From contig JAPLKZ010000011.1 in NCBI GenBank assembly GCA_026387835.1, forward strand, positions 54,082 through 86,081: a DNA stretch of 32,000 nucleotides, written 5' to 3'. Within the stretch, counting starts at the first letter, position 1; the number at the start of each line of letters is the position of its first letter. The notes below the pieces were generated by a model, which saw only the letters and a program-made list of their open reading frames with translations, searched no databases and was not told where the DNA came from. This stretch comes from Candidatus Saganbacteria bacterium (lineage in GTDB: Bacteria > Margulisbacteria > WOR-1 > JAKLHX01). The position numbers and the translations under genes are program-made. This document shows, piece after piece, positions 9,181 to 15,108 of the stretch.

Positions 9181-9241
9181 AGATATATATAAAATGAGTG
9201 AAATCCCGCGAAAATACTTTCGATAACTAAATAGAAGCGTA

Positions 9242-9270
9242 TTGACGCTTTATAGATAGGGTGTTATATT
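9242..9270 (+). promoter_or_regulatory. Sigma70-type promoter with extended -10 for the 9296-17076 gene block
   Basis: TTGACG (9242-9247), a 17-nt spacer, then TGtTATATT (-10 at 9265-9270). It is followed by the SD gaagggggtg (9281-9290) and ATG 9296. It lies in the only sizeable intergenic gap (115 nt) of this gene row. Confidence 0.5.
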
Positions 9271-9295
9271 TTTCTAAAAAGAAGGGGGTGAACAA

Positions 9296-9967
9296 ATGAA
9301 AAAGAGAGTGATGGCGATGATACTGGCAGCAAGTCTTATTGCGGTTTCCGTCTCGGCTGCGGTTGCGTTGAGTTCAAAGCTGATCGACAACTTTGAGAGC
9401 AATATCGACTTGAAAAGCCCTGAGTGGTGGCACTTCGGCTATGTTACCGTGTCCGTCGAAAAGAACCCCGCTTTCAGGCCAGGGGACAAAGTGGCCAAAA
9501 GCTGCGGCAAGTATTCAATGGTCATAAAAGGAAGCGCGAACGACTGGTACTGCGGCGGCGTCGGCTCCTATATCGGTGTTGATGCGTCAGGCTACTCCGG
9601 GATGGAAATGTGCGTGTACGGGTACGGTCCGGGTAGCGGGAAACTGAAAATCGAGCTTTATGACGATGACAAGGGAAGCTGGCAGACGCAGTACGACAGG
9701 GACTGGATCCCCTTAAAGGATGATATTTGGAAATTCGAGCAGGACGTCGACTGGAGAGGATGGAAAAAGATCTATATACCATTCTCCAGTTTTGTTGTGT
9801 CAAATCCAAAAAGAGGAGATGGAATACTCAATCTTGACCAGAACAAAGGCTCAGGCGGACTTCTGCAGGTGCAGTTCATCCTGATAGCCAGTTCAAAAGA
9901 CGGAGAGGCAAATATTAGAATGGATAATGTATCGCTTGTAACAAGGAGCGAGGAATCAGAGGAATGA
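9296..9967 (+). CDS. Secreted beta-sandwich protein, possibly a carbohydrate-binding (CBM11/CIA30-like) module
   Basis: Signal peptide MKKRVMAMILAASLIAVSVSAAVA. The mature part starts LIDNFESN...WWHFG...GKYSMVIKG...GKLKIELYDDD...NIRMDNVSLV, which resembles DFE-type lectin or CBM jelly rolls. The functional call is tentative. The stop overlaps the next ATG (ATGA at 9964-9967). Confidence 0.5.
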   Translation: MKKRVMAMILAASLIAVSVSAAVALSSKLIDNFESNIDLKSPEWWHFGYVTVSVEKNPAFRPGDKVAKSCGKYSMVIKGSANDWYCGGVGSYIGVDASGYSGMEMCVYGYGPGSGKLKIELYDDDKGSWQTQYDRDWIPLKDDIWKFEQDVDWRGWKKIYIPFSSFVVSNPKRGDGILNLDQNKGSGGLLQVQFILIASSKDGEANIRMDNVSLVTRSEESEE

Positions 9968-10545
9968 GGATATCGACCAAGGTACGAAAAGTCTTTATTT
10001 TTTCCCTGCTGTGCGCAGCGGCAATGACAGTCGCCTGTCAGGCGGCCACGGTCACGCTGGGCGGAAATGTAAGCGTTAAAGTATCCGGCGTTTTTACGCT
10101 GTCGATAGACACGTCTTCAGTAGATTTTGGATCTTCAAGGCCGGGAGACTGGAAAGAGGTCCCTTCAACATCTGGATACGCGGATGCCGTTGTGTGCAAA
10201 TCAAATACCGGAAGCGCCTGGTATTTAAAAATAAAGGCAAGCGGACCTCTTTCCTCCGGTTCAAATTCAATACCCCTGGCAAATTTCGGCTGGATGTCCT
10301 CTTATGCGGGCAGCAAGAACACCCCGTATAATAATTTGAGCTCCGGTCTGACGCACCAGCCGGCAGAGGGATATCAGGCTTTTACAGGTTCGGACCAGGG
10401 AGTCTACACATCGGGCCCGGCAGATAACAACAGCATGCCTAACGGAACGGAGGTACAGTTCAAATACAGCGTACAAGTACCGGATAACCCGTCGCAGCTG
10501 GCAGGCACGTACACTACGACCGTGACGTATACGATGACGGAATAG
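9964..10545 (+). CDS. Secreted pilin/fimbrial-subunit-like protein, paralog 1
   Basis: 193 aa with signal peptide ...LLCAAAMTVACQA. Shares blocks with the next two genes: VDFGSSRPGDWKEV, WYLKIKAS, IPLANFGWMSSYAG and EVQFKYSVQVPDNPSQLAGTYTTTVTYTMTE. Confidence 0.6.
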   Translation: MRISTKVRKVFIFSLLCAAAMTVACQAATVTLGGNVSVKVSGVFTLSIDTSSVDFGSSRPGDWKEVPSTSGYADAVVCKSNTGSAWYLKIKASGPLSSGSNSIPLANFGWMSSYAGSKNTPYNNLSSGLTHQPAEGYQAFTGSDQGVYTSGPADNNSMPNGTEVQFKYSVQVPDNPSQLAGTYTTTVTYTMTE

Positions 10546-10579
10546 CAGTAAGCAGTAAGCTGTAAGCGGTAAGCTTAAA
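10545..10579. repeat. Tandem heptamer array (GCNGTAA) x5
   Basis: gcagtaa gcagtaa gctgtaa gcggtaa gcttaaa, starting on the last base of the TAG stop of paralog 1. The 7-nt period puts TAA in all three frames. Confidence 0.9.
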
Positions 10580-10593
10580 GAAAAAAACTTTGG

Positions 10594-10621
10594 CTTAAAG
10601 CTTAAAACTTAAGTCTTAAAG
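10594..10621. repeat. Tandem heptamer array (CTTAAAG-like) x4
   Basis: cttaaag cttaaaa cttaagt cttaaag. A further copy sits at 10574-10580, separated by an A7 tract. The SD taggaggg follows at 10632-10639. Confidence 0.85.
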
Positions 10622-10647
10622 CTATAAATAATAGGAGGGAAATAAAG

Positions 10648-11163
10648 ATGAAAAAATTATTGTGTCTGATCGCGGTCGCGGTGATCCTGACAGGAGGTAT
10701 AAGCTTTGCGCTTTCTTCAACCCAGCAGTCGACCTTCACGGTGACTGTCAGCTCGATATTCGAGCTGAGCATAGACCAGGGAATGATCGATTTTGGGAGG
10801 ATGAAGCCAGGAGAGGTGAAATGGAACATCCCTCCTTCCGGGGTGACCGTCACGGCTAAGACGAACAGCGGAAAATCATGGTTTCTCAAAGTATCTGCGA
10901 GCAATCCTTTTTCTTACGGTTCGTACATGATCCCGTATTCAAAGTTTGTCTGGACAGGCTGGACCGACGGGGCGGGAAGATGGTACGGGACCGGAAACAA
11001 TATCATGACACCGACGCCGTCGCTGGTATATGCGAGCGCTCTAGGCGAAGAAAATAACCTGCCCAGCGGCACGAACAATCATTTCAAGTTCAAATTGTCT
11101 GTGCCCGAAAACCAGTCTCCGGGCGTTTACACGACGACGGTAAAGTTCACGATGACGGAATGA
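10648..11163 (+). CDS. Secreted pilin/fimbrial-subunit-like protein, paralog 2
   Basis: 171 aa with signal peptide MKKLLCLIAVAVILTGGISFA and a strong SD. Blocks: IDFGRMKPGEVKW, WFLKVSAS, IPYSKFVWTGW and HFKFKLSVPENQSPGVYTTTVKFTMTE. Confidence 0.6.
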   Translation: MKKLLCLIAVAVILTGGISFALSSTQQSTFTVTVSSIFELSIDQGMIDFGRMKPGEVKWNIPPSGVTVTAKTNSGKSWFLKVSASNPFSYGSYMIPYSKFVWTGWTDGAGRWYGTGNNIMTPTPSLVYASALGEENNLPSGTNNHFKFKLSVPENQSPGVYTTTVKFTMTE

Positions 11164-11194
11164 TCAACTGATGATGTGCGTTGGTTGGAATAAT

Positions 11195-11761
11195 ATGATG
11201 AAAAAATTAATATTAATAGGTTTTTTGATAACTATACTTAGCGGGGCTTCAAATGCCCTGACTATGACATTGAGCGACAATACTCTTGATTTTGGGACGA
11301 TGACGCTCGGCGAGTGGAAAGAGATATCGGCGGGAGGGGGTTTTCACAACAGGCTTTCGGTGGTCTCGGACAACGGGAACGTGTGGAGGGTCTATATCAA
11401 GGCTGACCAGGAACTAATAAATACAACCATGCCCACCGTGACTATACCTAATTCAGCTTTCAAGTGGATGTCCACGTATGCGGGAAATCAAAATGCAAAC
11501 AATGAAAACTTCAGCGCAGGTCTATATCATCAGGCGGGAGACGGATATGTGCCTTTCACCCTTGTGAACGAGCTGGTCTATACATCAGGAGTAAAAACCG
11601 TATTTGATCCCGCCGACCCTTCAAAAACAACATATGTTGTAAATGATAACAATAATCTTCCGTTCGGCACAGAGATCCAGTTTAAATACGGCATCGGTAT
11701 GCCGGACAACCAGACGGCAGGCACGTATACGACGACGGTAACAATTACGGTAACACAGTAG
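11195..11761 (+). CDS. Secreted pilin/fimbrial-subunit-like protein, paralog 3
   Basis: The ORF is open from ATG 11171. ATG 11195 gives a typical signal peptide, MMKKLILIGFLITILSGASNA. Blocks: LDFGTMTLGEWKEI, WRVYIKAD, IPNSAFKWMSTYAG and EIQFKYGIGMPDNQTAGTYTTTVTITVTQ. Confidence 0.6.
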   Translation: MMKKLILIGFLITILSGASNALTMTLSDNTLDFGTMTLGEWKEISAGGGFHNRLSVVSDNGNVWRVYIKADQELINTTMPTVTIPNSAFKWMSTYAGNQNANNENFSAGLYHQAGDGYVPFTLVNELVYTSGVKTVFDPADPSKTTYVVNDNNNLPFGTEIQFKYGIGMPDNQTAGTYTTTVTITVTQ

Positions 11762-11784
11762 GAAGTAAAAAGGAGGATATAGAT

Positions 11785-12585
11785 TTGAAAAAGGTATTTT
11801 TAGCCATCGCAGGTTTAGTATTTCTTGCGCAGATAGCGTCCGCCTTTTCAATTAATGTTGATCCGCCGAGCATCTGGGAAACGATGGGCCCCGGGAGCAG
11901 CAGGTCCGGCAAGATCATGGTGGAGAACAGGGGAAGCGGCGATATCGTGGTGAACGCTTATACGGAAGACTGGGTATTTTTAAAAGACCGGAGCAAGGAA
12001 TTTAAAAAAGCGGGAACGACCCGGTATTCTTGCGCTAACTGGATAGTGCTTTACCCGACAAATTTTATCCTGGGCTCCGGGAAGACACAGGAAGTCAAAT
12101 ACACGATCTCTATGCCGTCAACGGCGCAGGGCGGGTATTACTCCGTGATATTTTTTGAGTCCAGGCTCGACAGCCGGGCATCTACAAAAAGGTCTAACGT
12201 CATCCTTTTGGGAAGGATAGGCTCGATCGTTTACGCGGAAACGCAGGGGGCCTCCAGGAAAGCAGCCGCGATAACAAATCTTTCTTTCAAGAAACTTTCA
12301 GCCAAGAAACCGTATGAAGCTATTTTTACCGTGGCAAATGAAGGCAACTCGGCCGTTTCCCCGGAAGGCAGCATCATAATAACCGACGACAGCGCGAGAC
12401 TGTACGCGAAGATAGACATAAAAAAATTCTATGTGCTCCAGGGCGAAAGGATCCCGGTGAAGGCTTACTGGGCGGGCGCGCTTCCCGAAGGGGAATACAG
12501 CGTGATAGCCACGCTCGATCTAGGGACAAAGACGCCAGTGACCGGTGTCTGCAAGCTCGTTGTCGGAGGCAGCAAAAGAAAGTAA
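11785..12585 (+). CDS. Secreted two-Ig-like-domain protein, candidate periplasmic assembly chaperone
   Basis: 266 aa with a TTG start 8 nt after the SD aaaggagg, and signal peptide MKKVFLAIAGLVFLAQIASA. It has two ~120-aa halves with beta-sandwich periodicity: SINVDPPSIWETMGPGSSRSGKIMVENRGSGDIVVNAYTEDW...GGYYSVIFFES, and AIFTVANEGNSAVSPEGSIIITD...GEYSVIATLDLG. Its position after the subunit genes mirrors the chaperone slot of Csu-type operons. Confidence 0.45.
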   Translation: MKKVFLAIAGLVFLAQIASAFSINVDPPSIWETMGPGSSRSGKIMVENRGSGDIVVNAYTEDWVFLKDRSKEFKKAGTTRYSCANWIVLYPTNFILGSGKTQEVKYTISMPSTAQGGYYSVIFFESRLDSRASTKRSNVILLGRIGSIVYAETQGASRKAAAITNLSFKKLSAKKPYEAIFTVANEGNSAVSPEGSIIITDDSARLYAKIDIKKFYVLQGERIPVKAYWAGALPEGEYSVIATLDLGTKTPVTGVCKLVVGGSKRK

Positions 12586-12616
12586 GGCCGATGTAACGTG
12601 ATGGAAGCCCATTATT

Positions 12617-15067
12617 ATGATGAAAAAATATATATTAACTATATTGTTATGCTGTTTATTCCCGGCGGTCCTGCTTGCCCCGTCATTTGCTAAAAGCACA
12701 ACTTATGTTAATCTCTCTCCCGTCGAGGAAAAGACGTTCGTCACGGGAAACCTTTACAAGGTCCTGAGCGCCAATCCCGACATCGCGCAGGCGGTCAAAA
12801 TAAGTTCGACATCTTTCAAAATAATCGGCGGAGGTCCCGGCTCTACTTTTGTATATCTCTTCGGCAGCGACGGTTATGTCAACACTATTAAAGTCGTCGT
12901 GGAGAGAAGGTCCGCCTTAGACAGCGCGGCTGCCATCGAAGGGCAGGGAAGGACTTATTCGCCGTTGAAGTTCAACTATATGTTCATGTCATACGGCGGG
13001 AGCTCCAACTCGCAGTATGCAAATAACAGGTGGGCGTACAACGGTTCAATAAACCAAATAAAGATGGCCGGTGACACCCCGCTCGGGAAAACAGATTCTT
13101 ATATCCAGTACGAAAGCTACAATTTCAAATACGGCGTGACACAGATGTTATTTAACATCAAGGACGACAAAAATTATGTGGCGTTCGGCGATAACACGGC
13201 AAATTTTTCTGATATAACCCTTCCCTACATCCATTATCAGGGATTGTATCTGCAATCCAAACTTTCCGACCTGTTAGAGGTCAAGGTGGCAGGCGGAGCA
13301 AGAGGCAACGGATACTGGGGGAAAGAAGTGAGGAACGACACGAGACCCGTACAGTCATTTTTGGGGGCGGACGTCATGTTGAAGCCGACCGCGAATTTCA
13401 ACGTAAATGTCAACGCTGTCATGTCCACGGCAGAGGCTTCGGCCGCGAGCCCGACGATATTTGGCATCGGCGCGAGATATAATCCGTTCAGCCAGGTGAC
13501 CCTTGCCGGCGAGTACGCAAGCCAGTCGGAGCTGAAAGCGTGGCAGGCAAAGGCGATATATAATTGGTCAAACCTTTATCTAAGCGGCACGTACAGGAAT
13601 GTTCCAGCGAATTTCCAGACTCCGGTGGACACGGTGAGCATGAGGGGGATCGAGGGGCTATTCCTTTCGGGCACTTACAGGCCGCTCTCATTTGTGCGTT
13701 TGAGCGCGGACGGCAGCAGGTATAAAAACTCTTATCTCCAGGATGCCGGCAGCAACACTTATAACAAGGACATGAGAGGCGAGATCGAACTTACTCTGGC
13801 GCCCAACAGCAGGTTTTTGTATTCGCCGTGGATGCAGGACCACAGGGCTTATACCAGCGGCGGTCTGGCAGAGGGCGCCATTTCCCAGCTTTCCCTCGGG
13901 TTTAAGTTCATCGGGTCTGACGTTGTGTACTTTAAATACGAGCCGACAAAATATTCTTTTTCAAGTTCGTCGGAATCTAATTACCAGAACGATAAATCTT
14001 CTGTCGGACTGCAGATGGGCCTGACCGAAACGCTCGGGATGAATTTTGAAAAAGAATGGGATGTTAAGACATACCTGGCGAATTCCTCCGTGGAGAACAA
14101 CGGTTTTTTCAAAATAACGCTGAACTATGATTCAAAGATCGGTAAAACGCCGTTCTACACCGTTGTCAACTCGAACTATTACACCGGGACCGAGAACAAC
14201 GGCAACGTGACCGAGATATGGGCGGATGTCGAACTGGGTTACCAGCCGGATGAAGATACCAAGATCTATATCAGGGGCAAGACAGCCGATTACAGCGGCA
14301 CCGGCTCCAACCTGACCGACAGGAATGAAAAACATATCAATGTCGGGCTAAAGACAGCGTTCCTTTCGGATATCGCGTGGAACGGATACGGGGATATACA
14401 GGGTTGCGTGTTCATCGATTCAAACGGCGACGGCATCAAGAATGACAGCGAGGCGGGACTTGCGGGCGTGAAAGTATCGATCGCCGGCGTGACCGTCATC
14501 ACGAACGGCCAGGGGCTCTATATTATCAAAGCCGTAAGGGCAGGGCAGGCCAGCGTAATGATGGATCAGGCTTCGACCGGACAGGGGTATATTTTAACTT
14601 CTCAAAACCCGCAGGTCTTACAGCTGGCGGCAGGCAGGACGATGAAGGCTGATTTCGGCCTGATATCAAAGTCGTCCGTCACCGGCAGAGCGTTCAAAGA
14701 TATGAATAAGAGCGGAAAGTTTGACGGGAAAGATATCCCGGCCGCCGGCATAGGCATTGTGTTTGACGGCAGCACGTATCCTACAGCTGCCGACGGGACC
14801 TACGTGATATACGATGTCAAAGAAGGCAGGCATTCCTTGAATATAAATATTGATTCCCTGCCGCAGAACTTTGTGCCGGCCGTTCCCGTCAATAATACGG
14901 TCGATGTCAAGAGAGGCGAAACATATAAATTCAATGTCGCCCTCAAAGGCCCGGACATTGCGCAGAAGAAAGCCATTAAAAGTAAAAAACTAAAAAATAT
15001 CCGGCCCAAGGTAAAAAAGGCCAAGCATTCAAAGAAAAAAACAGCATTGGGCCGGCCGGCCCGTTAA
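12617..15067 (+). CDS. Outer-membrane protein: CpaC/RcpA-type pilus N-terminal domain, ~490-aa beta-barrel-like region, two SdrD-B/Cna-B-like domains, Lys-rich tail
   Basis: Signal peptide MMKKYILTILLCCLFPAVLLAPSFA. N-domain: LSPVEEKTFVTGNLYKVLSANPDIAQAVKISSTSFKIIGGGPGSTFVYLFGSDGYVNTIKVVV. The middle is rich in Y/G/S/N alternating strands. From ~14391: GCVFIDSNGDGIKNDSEAGLAGVKVSI...NGQGLYII. From ~14675: GRAFKDMNKSGKFDGKDIPAAGIGIVFDG...DGTYVIYDV. Tail: KKAIKSKKLKNIRPKVKKAKHSKKK. Confidence 0.6.
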   Translation: MMKKYILTILLCCLFPAVLLAPSFAKSTTYVNLSPVEEKTFVTGNLYKVLSANPDIAQAVKISSTSFKIIGGGPGSTFVYLFGSDGYVNTIKVVVERRSALDSAAAIEGQGRTYSPLKFNYMFMSYGGSSNSQYANNRWAYNGSINQIKMAGDTPLGKTDSYIQYESYNFKYGVTQMLFNIKDDKNYVAFGDNTANFSDITLPYIHYQGLYLQSKLSDLLEVKVAGGARGNGYWGKEVRNDTRPVQSFLGADVMLKPTANFNVNVNAVMSTAEASAASPTIFGIGARYNPFSQVTLAGEYASQSELKAWQAKAIYNWSNLYLSGTYRNVPANFQTPVDTVSMRGIEGLFLSGTYRPLSFVRLSADGSRYKNSYLQDAGSNTYNKDMRGEIELTLAPNSRFLYSPWMQDHRAYTSGGLAEGAISQLSLGFKFIGSDVVYFKYEPTKYSFSSSSESNYQNDKSSVGLQMGLTETLGMNFEKEWDVKTYLANSSVENNGFFKITLNYDSKIGKTPFYTVVNSNYYTGTENNGNVTEIWADVELGYQPDEDTKIYIRGKTADYSGTGSNLTDRNEKHINVGLKTAFLSDIAWNGYGDIQGCVFIDSNGDGIKNDSEAGLAGVKVSIAGVTVITNGQGLYIIKAVRAGQASVMMDQASTGQGYILTSQNPQVLQLAAGRTMKADFGLISKSSVTGRAFKDMNKSGKFDGKDIPAAGIGIVFDGSTYPTAADGTYVIYDVKEGRHSLNINIDSLPQNFVPAVPVNNTVDVKRGETYKFNVALKGPDIAQKKAIKSKKLKNIRPKVKKAKHSKKKTALGRPAR

Positions 15068-15068
15068 T

Positions 15069-15097
15069 TTGTGCCGGCATTGTAATTTTGTTATACT
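15069..15097 (+). promoter_or_regulatory. Possible internal promoter ahead of the subtilase gene
   Basis: TTGTGC (15069-15074), a 17-nt spacer, then TGtTATACT (-10 at 15092-15097). Only 11 nt separate it from ATG 15109 and no SD is visible, so the mRNA would have a very short leader. Confidence 0.3.
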
Positions 15098-15108
15098 AAA
15101 AAGCAGTT

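Noticed and set aside
10545-10622. Heptamer tandem arrays considered as a CRISPR array or mini-array
   Set aside because: The units are 7 nt long and contiguous, with no spacers, and there are no cas genes. This is microsatellite-like sequence, not CRISPR.
15050-15064. GC-only palindrome GGGCCGGCCGGCCC at the 3' end of the OM-barrel gene as a terminator
   Set aside because: It lies inside the coding sequence (encoding LGRPAR), has no loop, and the following T-run is short (gttaatttgt). At best it is a weak attenuator, so it is not listed as a feature.
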